From NCBI RefSeq assembly GCF_009914755.1, contig NC_060925.1: a DNA stretch of 64,000 nucleotides; one strand, given 5' to 3'. A program made the translations under genes and the position numbers. The stretch comes from the human T2T-CHM13v2.0 reference genome, Homo sapiens. This document shows, piece by piece, positions 40,126-56,129 of the stretch. The notes under the pieces are model-generated. The model was not told the origin of the DNA, searched no databases, and saw only the letters and a list, made by a program, of their open reading frames with translations. Position 1 is the stretch's first letter; every line of letters starts with the position of its first letter.

Positions 40126-40287
40126 AAGGAAAACTTTTAAAAATCCATTGCCATAAGGTAGGGATGCAGAGAGCCTAAATCATACTAAAGCGAATTTCAG
40201 CTTTCAGTTCAAGCTGACATATTATCAAATCTTCTTATGTTTTTATCATTTCAACTTCTGTTCTGTGCTAGCTAAAGTCTCGAACTT

Positions 40288-40588
40288 GGCTAGGTGTAGT
40301 GGTTTATGCCTGTAATCCCTGTGCCCGGGGAAGCCAAGGCAGGAAGATCATTTGAGGCCGGGTGTTCCAGACCAGCCTAGGCAACATAGCAAGGCCCACC
40401 ATCTACAAATGATATAATAAAATAACAAAATTAGCCAGGCATAGTGGTATGTGACCTCAGTCCCAGCTGCTCGAGAGGCTGATGAGGAAGGATCACTTGG
40501 CCCAGGAGTTGGAGTTTGCAGTGATCTGTGATCACACCACTGTATTTCAGCCTTGGTGAGAGAGCAGACCCATCTTTGAAAAAAAAAA
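40288..40588 (+). mobile_element. AluJ
   Basis: J-type diagnostics (ggcaacatagcaag, ggatcacttggcccaggag); TSD aagtctcgaactt 40275-40287 and aagtctcaaactt 40591-40603. Confidence 0.93.
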
Positions 40589-40612
40589 TTAAGTCTCAAA
40601 CTTTATTAATAG

Positions 40613-41003
<391 letters not shown>

Positions 41004-42474
41004 CTTATATTTTTCTAATTATCAAATAGGCTGTGAGAGTTTCTATTTACCTAGGTCCTCAAAGTGTCTTTAGGAAAAGCTATACCCTGGACAAAGGCAG
41101 GTTGGCAGAAATACCAGAGGTTGAGCTTCTGCAACAAGTTTGGGTCATAAAAACTGCCACTAGGCCTGTCAGGCAACTTCCTGAGTCAATAAAATCTCAC
41201 ATTAATAGATATAAAGAAAAAGCAATTGAAAATTTTCCAGATAAACTGGATTCCATCTGTAAAGAGGAAAATCTGTTTTGTGGTCCACTTAGTTAGCATC
41301 TTCCCTGATCTATTCATAAGAGAAATCAAAAGGAACTTCCAATTTCTTTATGGAAAGGGGCTGAACTACTAAAAGAATGTATCACTTTAAATAATGAGGA
41401 AACAGTTTGTACTATGATATGATATTGTGAAGCTGTACCCTGTAAAAGAAGGAGAAACTGACCATGCTCTGACCTGAAGGAGCATGGCACCAGCAAAAAA
41501 GACCTGTAGGGAAGAAAGAATCAACATAGGAAGCTGAGGATGTGGAACTTCAGTAACTACCAAGTGATAGATGAGCAACTCAGGTTAACTTATCAGGGAA
41601 AGAGAATGTCCTTTAGCATGAAGGTCATAGCCATTTGGATGTTGAGGACATGCAACACAAGCAATTTTTCATACCATTTTGTTTAAAATTTATATTTCCT
41701 AGATGGTATTTTCCAGAGTTGTTTAAAGCTAACTTTTACATTTGATTACAGAATGTTTTAATTTCGTAATCTGTGACACATTTTCTCCGTCTGTTCTTTA
41801 GAAATGCATTTTAACAATAAACAGATCCAATTAAAGAAAGTTGTGTTTTACTTTCCTTTTTAACGATGATGTAATTATTCAAATTAGAAATTAACATTAT
41901 GCTGGCAGGTTTTGAATACTATTTTTGGAAGAGGTGAGAAATTTATCACCCTATTCTATTTCAAAAAGGTGCGTTTTAACTTATATATTTAGAATTTAAT
42001 GGTTAAAGATGATTCTTTCAGGGAAAGTTATAGATCATAGGATCCTAGAATGATAAATCAGGAAACAAGGGTAGAAAAAAAAGAATGAAAATATAAAAAG
42101 TCTTTTGTTACAACAAAATCTAAGAAATCTAAATAACAATTCAGAAAGAAATTTGGAGAGAAGTTTGCAATAGAAAATGTGATATCCAAATAATTGTGTA
42201 TCAGCAAAGATTAGAGAAATAACAATGTGGCATGCTCATGGTAGAAATTTCTCCTGAATCAAATTAAGTATGTTTGTATAGTATATTAATTCTGCAAAGA
42301 AAAATTATCAGATCATTAACACAACCTAGGATTTCAGGATGAATGAAAATTAAAGATTCAAAGAAAATGTTAATATATTTGATTGTTTTTATACAGTTGT
42401 TCTTAAAACTAATGGATGATAACTGTTTTACTGAACATTACATACTAAAGTGAATTCATTCCAGAATGTAGTCA

Positions 42475-42783
42475 GGCCAGGCTTGGTGGCTTACGCCTGT
42501 AATCCTAGCACTTTGGGAGACTAAGTTGGGCGGATTACCTGAGGTCAGGAGTTCAAGATCAGCCTAGCCAACATGGTGAAAACCTGTCCCTACAAAAAAT
42601 ACAGAAATTATCTGGGCATGGTGGAGCACACCTGTAATCCAAGTTACTCAGGAGGCTGAGGCAGGAGAATTGCTTGAACCTGGGAGGCAGAGGTTGCAGT
42701 GAGTCGAGATTGTGCCACTGCACTCTGGCTCCGATGACAGAGCAAGACTCTGTCTCAAAAAATCAATCAATCAATAAAATAAA
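42475..42783 (+). mobile_element. AluSx-like
   Basis: ggattacctgaggtcaggagttcaag; (AATC)n-containing tail. Confidence 0.93.
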
Positions 42784-43904
42784 CAGGAGTGAAAAACAAT
42801 CCCTATTTCCAGCTTCTTGGAGTTCGGTAGAAGAAAGTTACATAAATAACTAATATCAGAATAAATTCCAATTGAAGAAATTATGTAGACACATTCTTTT
42901 GGTCTCAGCTGTTCTATACAGTCATAATTGATTTTGCTGCTTCTCAAGTGTCTTCTTACTTTCTTTTTAAAGCGGATGAGTGTTCTGCAGACAGAAACAT
43001 TCCAGTCATGGAGATCAACCTGTGCAAAGGCAGAAAAGCACAGATGGAAATAGGACACATGCGGGAGTCCAATATCGCATTAATCCAGGAAGAAGGTGTA
43101 TCATAGGTGAATGTTGAAATGTAGAAGCAATAAATTTCATAGAAGTATTAAAAGAAGGATCACCCAATGTATAAAATAATATCTCAGCAGGGTCCTTTAT
43201 GATTCAAAGTACTGTGTTTGTGTGCTAGAGGATTTGTATGTTTGGAATAGGGAGTCTAAATCTTAAAAAAAAAATCCATACTTCACAGGGTATAATATGC
43301 ACAAGGGATGAGGAAGAGTCTACTGTAGTCAGTGGAAAACTAGAGATGTGGATCTTACTATCCCTAGAATACATGAGCAAGTGGAAACAGGTTGCACAAT
43401 CAACAATATGTGTTTAATAAAATGAAGATTCTGCAAGAATTTACAAAGAGGTATTCTAAATACATTCTGAAATAAAATTGTGAAGAATCATGAAATAATG
43501 GCTATATTAGTTTGATTTCAGCTGATCAAAAATAAATAATGAAGCATTAGTTACAAAAATGAGTCATATTAAACTATATTCATAAGGTTAGTGGCTGCCT
43601 CTACTCCCCAGAAAGAATAAAAAGAATATGCTGGAAACTTGGTCACTGGGATCAGACCAAGGACCTACTTAACAGAATTTGGATATAAGATGTGGACCTG
43701 ATCACAGGAATATGTAGAACTTTCCTACATTGGTCAAAGATTGTCAGAAGACTTTCTAAAATAATCAAAAAGTCAGTAGCCATGGACTTCTCACATTTTC
43801 AGTGACTGGGTCTATAACTAATCTCTATATTTTGATAGGTGAGAGATGAATCAAATTATTAGAGCAATTGTCTTTAATATTCAGTATACATAGATATCAT
43901 CAGA

Positions 43905-44020
43905 GATGTTTATTTAAAATTCAGATTTTTGCATCCTTTCTTCAGAGCTATAATTCATTATATTTGGGGTAGGTTTCAGGAAACATCATTTTGGACAAAT
44001 ATCCCAGTTGATTCTGACAA
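43905..44020. mobile_element. MER5-like (hAT-Charlie) fragment
   Basis: taaaattcagatttttgcatcc...ttggggtaggtttcaggaaacatcattttggacaaatatcccagttgattctga. Confidence 0.55.
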
Positions 44021-44085
44021 ATATCATCTTTCAACAACAAAATGTCTCAGTTGATTCTGATAAATATCATCCTTCAACAACAAAA
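44005..44085. repeat. 43-bp tandem duplication
   Basis: cagttgattctga[c/t]aaatatcatc[t/c]ttcaacaacaaaa starting at 44005 and 44048. Confidence 0.9.
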
Positions 44086-44879
44086 AAGAAACAAATAAAT
44101 AAAAATGTTTAAAAATAAAACTACTATTACATTGTCTGTTTCCAGAAGAAGGTCCAGGTATCAACCACTTGAGAAGATTCCAATATACTGTGACAAGCAC
44201 TTGCTGATTACCTTCCTTCTCACATTCGCCAGTGAATTCATACTGTCTCAGGTATGATCTGCATGGTCCCTATAAGGGTTATCAGCACCTAAAATAGTTG
44301 CTATTCTAATGCTAGATAATAAAATGGATCTCTGATCTGTAGGCAGGGAAAACAATGAGTCAAATTGAACCACTACTGTATTTTTGAATAATTGTTCTTT
44401 ATCACAGACTCAGGTATCTTGTAAATTCTCTGGTCTAAATATGATTGTCAAAATACTTTGAAACTACTTGACATAACCACATGATAAATTATATATTACC
44501 AATAACCATGTCATACCCTTTGTGAGATCACCTCTGCTGATCTACCAAGTAATATGGGTCATAATTGCCATGGGATTTAGTGATTACTGTATTCCACTAT
44601 GATAATGCTAAGGCATTTACAATTTCAAAATTATACACATACTAGAAATCTAGGTAGATGTATAAAAGCAAAGGAAATTTCATACTTTGAATAGATTCAT
44701 TTGCACATAGCAGTTTGGTTTTAAAAGATACAGCCTTAAAATCATTGATATTTTTAAACACAGATTATATACAAGTGCATTACATCTCATTTTTCTTATA
44801 TCATCACCTACAAAGAAAGAAGAAAAAAATGAAATATTTGATGAGAAGAATAATTGAATGAATGATAATTAAGAGCCGG

Positions 44880-45254
44880 GTTTATATCATACGCCAGTTT
44901 CCATGTTGTAAGTACTCCCAATAACTGATTTCAAACTACCCATGTGATGTCATTGAAGGCAGAGTTGAAAAAGATTTTCAGTAGAATACCAGAATATTGC
45001 TGTTTCCACAGCATTCATTCAACAAATACAAATAACCTTAAAAAAGCAGAGATAATATAAAATGTAGTGAAATAATATAAAATGTAGAGTTTATATTTAC
45101 ATTTAGCATATCACCTTTACTTTAAAAATTATTTAATCATAATTTTACATAATTTAATTTTTATTCATTTGTTTTACAAGTGCCTTGGTAAATTACTGAT
45201 AATTTAAAAATTGTCTCTCACCAGCTTGTGTGAGTCAACTAGAGTACACCAACT
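44880..45254 (-). mobile_element. MER63-like (hAT-Blackjack) DNA transposon
   Basis: gtaagtactcccaataactgatttcaaactacccatgtgatgtcattgaa...aattgtctctcaccagcttgtgtgagtcaactagagtacacca. Confidence 0.7.
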
Positions 45255-45257
45255 AAT

Positions 45258-45388
45258 ATTTTATTTTTCGTACAGACAGGGTCTCACAATGTCTCCTAGG
45301 CTGGTCTCGAATTCCTGGGCTCAAGGAATCCTTCCTCCTTGGTCTCTCAAAGTGCTGGAATTACAGGCATAAGCCACTTCACCCAGCC
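45258..45388 (-). mobile_element. FLAM (free left Alu monomer)
   Basis: gacagggtctcacaatgt...ctgggctcaaggaatcc...cacccagcc; single monomer. Confidence 0.88.
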
Positions 45389-45399
45389 AAAAATGTATT

Positions 45400-46450
45400 T
45401 ATCTACAGAGAATTTATAATTTTATACAGGTAAGATGGAACTTCAATTTTATGTTATTATCTGGATAGGTAAGTTTTGTAATACTGTTTCAAATAACTTA
45501 CTCTTTGCCCAAGTTGATGATAGCAACTTTCACATACATAAAATTCTTACATACTGAAGTCTATTCCTAGATTTTATTTTTATTAAATTTGATACATTTG
45601 TCTAATTAGTAATGAGAATACCACATTGATTTGATTCTCAATGCCTTATACTATGTTCTACAATCTGGTTAATCCCTTCCTGTTATTAAACTCTGTACTT
45701 TAACATTTTAGGTAATATTTGCTATAATTTTTGATAAATGATATTCATCACATTTATATTTTTCAATGATTTACTTACAATTTTTATAATAAGTGGCTGC
45801 TGAATTTTATCTTATGCTTTTCAGAATCTATCAATATGATCTTATAATCTCTAATATTAAATATTATCATATTACTTGAACTGCAAATATATAGATATAT
45901 TAATATTAGTTTTAATATTAAATAGGATCATATTTATTTGAGCTGCAAATATATACTAATAGATACCTTGTTCTTCATTCTCCTTTGCATTTCTATAATA
46001 TTATCTACTTGCTTAGATGAGCTGAAATAATTTACGTAAGTTTTCAGTTATTGTCTTTTAAAGAAGAAAAGAACAACTTTAACCCCATTTGGTGCTTTTT
46101 AAAATAGATCCATCTTTTTCCACGGTGTCTTTGGAAATTAGTTTTTTTTTAAGTTGTACAAAGTTCTTCTAGGTTCACATATTTGTCGTTACAAAATTAT
46201 TCATATAGGATTGGCTTAAAATCACTTAAATGTTGCCTATATCTACATTTGCTTTCCTTTACCATTCCTGGTCTCTTCTACAATAATTGGGTTATGTCTA
46301 AAATGGGAAAAGTGGTAAAATTTCTTTTGATAAAAGTTTAATGCTATCTTCAGCTAACATGAAATATATATTTAAGTCTGTAAACTTCATATTTGTTTCA
46401 ATGCCCTTAGTTTCATTAATTTCACATTTATGCTTAAAATTCTACTATTA
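45400..46450 (-). mobile_element. Highly degraded old L1 (L1M5/ME-like) ORF2 remnants
   Basis: atactgaagtctattcctagatttt, tgctgaattttatcttatgcttttcagaatctatc. Confidence 0.45.
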
Positions 46451-47749
46451 CTAGGTTGAATTAAATTAAACTGCTAACATTCCACTTGTTTTGACAAGAA
46501 CAAAGCAAACAAACAAAAAAACAAACACACAATTTCAGAAGTTTCATAAGATTTAACATATTAAACATTTTTTTGGTCCTTTGCCCTTCATTGTGTTTCT
46601 AACCTTTAGCACAGTGCATGTCATACAGTACACCCTCTCTCTAAATTTTGTTGAATAAATAATTAAATTTGTTAAATACTCAGTTCTTACTATAGTTTAA
46701 CACATCACAGTCTAGTATGATTCTGTCTTTCCAGAATTATTGTTCTTCATTAACAAACTCATTCTAATATTCCAAATGTAATAGAATTATTTTCATTCCA
46801 TTTACACGATATGCAGTGTTTGCAAATGTCATTAATTCTATTCAAAGTGTCTATTGTAGTTTTCTCTGTTGCCTCATCATAAAAGGCACATTCTTACAAG
46901 TTATATTGCCATTTGGTTGTCCCAAACCTAAAGATGCATGCAAAAGTCAACAATTCCCATACTGACCCTTTTATTTATCTTGCCACTTTGCTGCTTTTCC
47001 ATGATACTCTCTTATACTGAATGGCATCAACATCCACTGGTCCAAGCCAGAAAAATCTCAGACATCTGCACAATTAGAATATGTAGTAATGAGAACTGTA
47101 AAGAACATATAAGCAAGGATAATATCTAGTTGGAAACTTATTTTAATATACCTCAATAAAATTATCACGTAAGTCAAAATTGTTTTAAATGACACATTTT
47201 TTAGAAGAAATGATTGGGGAAACTATATTTATATAATGATTACTTTAGAAATCATGAATTTAAGTGGCATATATAGGCCAAATGCTTTTTTTCAATACGC
47301 ATTAAAAACCAACATTTCAAGTATTTAATGTAGCATTACATCTTTATAGTAACTAAACAAAATCATGACTCAGAGAGAAAATTAAAAAATAGAAGATGAG
47401 TGATACAAATTTTCATGCTATCTATTCAAAATGTGCTTGACCTTTCTTTCTTAGACAAGTTTGTAAACACATCATAAAATATTATATGAGGTGATCAGTA
47501 TGAGTATTGTAATAAATTAAAATGTTTGGCAAGGTCTATTTTTTAATTTACATACAATATTTGGATTTACCTAAATGAGTTGATGAAATTGCTAAAAATA
47601 ATGCCTCCTGTAACAAGACTTTTTAAAGCATCTACGAATTCATATTATGAATGTGGAAATTAGTTGAGTAAAGCTAAGAGGTACACATATGCTTCAATTA
47701 ATGTATTAACTAATGACAGATGATATAATGGCTTAATTATTGATTACTA

Positions 47750-48222
<473 letters not shown>

Positions 48223-48394
48223 TTAATGACTTTAAAGAACTAATTATACATAATATATAGTAATGTATTTATTTACTAATTTATTTTTTAATTCATTTTA
48301 TTTTTCACTTATTTAATTTGTGCTTGGCTCTTTTCAAGTTTCTTTTATAGTTTCAAGTTTCATTTATAGTTTCTCCCTGCTTTAATATTATTTT

Positions 48395-50589
48395 ACTTTT
48401 TTCTCAACTTTTATTTTGGATCAGGGACACATGAGCAGATTTGTTACATGGAAATATTGCATGATGCTGAGGTGTGGAGTATAGATCTCATCACCCAGGT
48501 AGTGAACTTAATACTTGCTAGGTAGTCTTTTACACATTCTCCTGTCCCTCCACACTCTAGTAGTCCACAGTGCCTGTTTTTTTCTAAATTTATTTCCATG
48601 TGTGCTCAGCTTTTAGCTCCCACATATAAGTGAGAACATGCAGTATTTGGTTTTCTGTTCCTGTGTTAATTTGCTTATGTACATGTGGGCTCAGCTTTTT
48701 GCTCCCACTTATAAGTGAGAACATGCAGTATTTAATTTTCTGTTTCTGTGTTAATTCACCTAAGATTATGGCCTCCAGCTTCATCCATGTTGCTGCAAAG
48801 GACATGAGTTCATTCTTTTTTATAATTGTGTAGTATTCTATGGTGTATATGTACCACATCTTCTCCACTTTGTAAGTTGTCTGCTTGCTCTGTTGATAGT
48901 TTATTTTCCTGTGCAGAAGCTCTTTTGTTTAATTAGGTCCCTCTTGTCAATTTTTGTTTTTGTTGCAATTGCTTTTGAGGGCTTAGTCATAAATTCTTTG
49001 CCAAGGTCAATGTAGATAACGGTATTTCCTAGGTTTTCTTTTAGGATATTTATAGTTTGAAGTCTTACATTTAAATTCTTAACACATCCTGAGTTAATTT
49101 TTATGTATGATGAAAGGTAAGGGTCTTTTTCATATGCCTAGCCAGCTATCCCAGCACCATTTACTGAATAAGGAATGCTTTCCTCATTGCTTTTTATTGT
49201 CAACTTTGTTGAATATCAGATGTTTGTAGGTGTGCAGCTTCATTTCTGGGTTCTCTATCTTATTTCATTGGTCTATGTGTCTATTTTTGTACCAGTACCA
49301 TGCTGTTTTCATTACTGTAGCCTTCTAACATAGTTGAATTCAGGTAATGTGATTCCTCCAGCTTTGCTCTTTTTGCTTAGGATTGCTTTGGCTATTTGGG
49401 CTCCTTTTTGGTTCCATATGTGTTTTAGAATAATTTTTTTTTCTAATTATGTGAATAATTACATTTGTAGGTTGATAGGAATATTGCTTAATCTGTAGAT
49501 TGCTTTGGGCAGTATGGCCATTTTAATGATATTGATTCTTCCAATCCATGAACATGAAATGTTTTTCCATTAATTTTGTCACTTCTGACTTCTTTCAGCA
49601 GGAAAGATCTTTCATCTCCTTGGTTAGCTGTTTTCCTAGGTATTTCAGGGATTTTTTTGTGAATATTATAAATGGGATTGCATTCTTGATTTGACTTTGT
49701 GTGAGAACATATTGGTTTATAGAAATCCTACTGACTTTTCTACATTGTTTTTGTATCCTGAAAGTTTGCTGAAGTCATTTATTAGTTTAAGGAACATTTG
49801 GTGGAGTCTTTAGAGTTTTCTAAGTATAGAATCATATCCTTAGTGAAGAGTAATAGTTTGACCTATTTTCCTATTTGGATGCCTTTTATTTCTTTCACTT
49901 GACCTATTGTTCTGTCTAGGACTTCTAGTACTATGTTGAATAGGCATTGTGTGAATGGAAATGTTGTTTTTCTGTTTCTTGAGAGGAATGGTTTTAGCTT
50001 TTGGCTGTTCAGTAACATGTTGGCTTTGAAATATGACAGACAGCTCAATATTTTGAGGACTATTTCTTCAATGCCTAGTCTGTTGAGGGTTTTTATCATG
50101 AAGGGATGTTGGATTTTATCAAATGCTTTTTCTTGTGTCTATTGAAATGATTATATGGTTTTGGTATTTATTCTATTTATGTGGTGAATCACATTCATTG
50201 ATTTGTCTATGTTGAACCAACCTTGTATCCCAGGAATAAAGCCTAGCTGATAATGGCGAATTAACTTTTTGATGTACTGCCAGATTAAGTGTGCTAGTAT
50301 TTGGTTGAGGATTTTTACATCTATGTTCAGCAGTTTATTGGCCTGAAGTTTTCTTTTTTGTTTTGTTTTGTTTTGTTTTCTCTCTGCCAGAGTTTGGTAT
50401 CTGGCTGATGCTGGCTTCATAGAATGATTCAGAAAGGAGTGCCTCTGCCTCAATTTTTAAAAATAGTTTTAGGTTTAGTACAATTCTGGTAGAATTTGGA
50501 AGTGAATTCACCTGGTCCACAGATTTTTTTATTGTTGTTGGTAGGTTATTTATTACTGATTCAATTTTGGCACTTGTTAGTGGCCTGTC
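48395..50589 (-). mobile_element. L1PA15/16-like, antisense, with 85-bp internal duplication and a discontinuity at ~48866
   Basis: Antisense 3' UTR (gcatgatgctgaggtgtggag) followed by ORF2 sequence; ORFs 48590-48868, 49863-50099 and 50151-50453 are ORF2p-like. Confidence 0.88.
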
Positions 50590-53648
<3,059 letters not shown>

Positions 53649-53791
53649 TTTTTGAAAAAACATTGCACTGAATAGAGGTAACAAAGTTTGTTGGTGCATT
53701 TACCTTTTGAAGGATATCTTGGTTTCTTTCAGTTTGGGCAATTATGAATTAAACTATTTTAAACCTTAAAAAATGAACAAATTTCTGAAAT

Positions 53792-53817
53792 CATGATGAT
53801 GATGATGATGATGATGA
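53792..53817. repeat. (ATG)n trinucleotide microsatellite
   Basis: catgatgatgatgatgatgatgatga. Confidence 0.9.
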
Positions 53818-54005
53818 GTGAGTACCATCTATTGTACACTAACACTGTGCTTGGCACAGGGCTGTCCTTTATCATATTTTGACATTTATTCCTCACAAAA
53901 CTCTTAAGGATAAGACTTATATCTCCATTTTCCAGATAAGGAACTGAAACACATCCTTTCAGAACCAAAATAAAGATAAATATTTCTGGCCCAATGTCCA
54001 AGCTC
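53815..54005 (-). mobile_element. MIR
   Basis: catttattcctcacaaaactc...ctccattttccagataaggaactgaaacac. Confidence 0.75.
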
Positions 54006-54264
54006 TTAACAAGAAATGAAAAAGGTAAATAGGGAACTGAATAACTCAGCTTTACCAGAAGTGGAAATACATGTCTGAGAAAGAAAAATGAAAGTAAGTG
54101 GAATTATTAGCATGAGCTCAGACTCACAGTGCATTAATGATATGATAGTAACATTAATACTTATAAAGTGAGAAATAGGAGGATGTTGCCTACTTTTGAA
54201 TGTGAAGGTGATGCAGTGATGCTGTAACATCATCACTCTTTTTGGCTTTAATAATGCTTTTTTA

Positions 54265-54381
54265 GGTCGGGCACGGTGGCTCACGCCTGTAATCCCAGCA
54301 CTCTGGGAGGCAGAGGAGGGCGGATCACGAGGTCAGGAGATCGAGACCATCTTGGTTAACACGGTGAAACCCCGTCTGTAC

Positions 54382-54412
<31 letters not shown>

Positions 54413-54572
54413 AGCAGGGCGCGCTGGCGGGCGCCTGTAGTCCCAGCTACTCAGGAGGCTGAGGCAGGAGAATGTCGTGAACCCAGGAGGTGGAGCTTGC
54501 AGTGAGCCGAGATAGCGCCACCGCAGTCCGGCCTGGGCGAAGGAGCAAGACTCCGTCTCAAAAAAAAAAAAA
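54265..54572 (+). mobile_element. AluY (Yk-like variant) with expanded central A-linker
   Basis: ggatcacgaggtcaggagatcgagaccatc; gagatagcgccaccgcagtccggcctgggcga; A28 at 54383-54410. Confidence 0.93.
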
Positions 54573-54924
54573 TACATTTTAAAACCCTTTTTTTTTTAAA
54601 CCACCTCTTACATTTTCTACTGCTGAAAAGATGTTCAGAAAACCTCCAAAAAATATAGGGGTACTAGAAAAAATATATATATATATGTTTTTTTTTTTCA
54701 AGAAAATTGCCTCTGGTGTTTTAGTCACTGCCTAATTCATCTCAATACCTAATATTCTATTTTTTAAACATTACTATTAAAAATAAAAATAATTTTCACT
54801 AAATAATATTAGGAAGAAATAGCTTAGGGGAATATATAAATCTGAATGGTAAAGAAAAATGATAAGTTTTCTTCTAAAAACGTATCCCAAAATATCATAA
54901 ACTGGTTATAATTATTTTAGTTTA

Positions 54925-55050
54925 TTCGTACATTCATTTATTTATTCATATATATATATACACACACATTTTTTTACTCTGTACTAGGTACTGTGCTCAG
55001 CAATGATAAAATGGACTCAAAAGACATGCTTTCTACATTTAAGTTGTACC
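54925..55050 (-). mobile_element. L2 3' end fragment
   Basis: attcatttatttattcat...tactctgtactaggtactgtgctcagc. Confidence 0.55.
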
Positions 55051-55219
55051 ACATAGAATAATTAAATGATCCTTTCCAGCAGTTATACACCCTAAAAGAT
55101 ATGACACATATACAGAAATCTTTTGATTTACTCTCAAAAATTTGCAAAAAGAAAACAAAAAAAAGAATGATGTTGATTTCACACAATGATATTATAATAG
55201 GTGTGAATCAATGTTTTGC

Positions 55220-55250
<31 letters not shown>

Positions 55251-55282
55251 TTCACACTAAGTATGGTATATTGAAAAATCTG

Positions 55283-55578
<296 letters not shown>

Positions 55579-55689
55579 TCTGTTTCAAAGATCCCATTAA
55601 GAACATTATTCCAGAAGAAACATACTTTGAGCCATTATTATACGCTAATTTAGAAATGGGCTGAATTTTATATATTAGTGCTACTAATA

Positions 55690-56129
55690 AAGTCACATGC
55701 CCCACAATGACACTTTAGTCCATAAGTAATCACATATATATTATGGTGGTCCTGTAAGATTTTATTATTGTATTTTCACTGTACCTTTTCTATGTTATGA
55801 TAAACAAATATTTTGTGTATTATGTTTAGATACACAAATGGTTTGTGTATCTAGACTTAATAAACTTTGTGTATTCTTTTCTATGTTTAGATACACAAAT
55901 ACTTTGTGTATCATAGGCAGTGTGTTACTAATTGCCTATAGTATTCAGTACACTAACATGTTGCACAGGTTTGTAGCCTAGGAGCAAAAGACCACTATAT
56001 AGCCTAGGTATACAGTGGCTAAACCATCTAGTTTTGTGTGAGTATAATCTATGATGTTTACACAAGGACAAAATTGTCTAACAGTGAATTTCTCAGAACA
56101 TATCCCTGTCGTTAAGCAACACATGACAG
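55690..56129 (+). mobile_element. Tigger3a (MER7A/Golem) DNA transposon relic
   Basis: ggtggtcctgtaagatt...caggtttgtagcctaggagcaa...tttctcagaacatatccctgtcgttaagcaacacatgacag. Confidence 0.88.

Noticed and set aside
41462-41487. 8-bp inverted repeat ccatgctc...gagcatgg (and gtagattt...aaatctac near 3233-3259)
   Set aside because: Isolated 8-bp stems are expected by chance in 64 kb
42475-42790. Alu without an obvious TSD as a recombination or segmental-duplication junction
   Set aside because: TSD decay or a small flanking deletion explains it equally well; no independent evidence in the window
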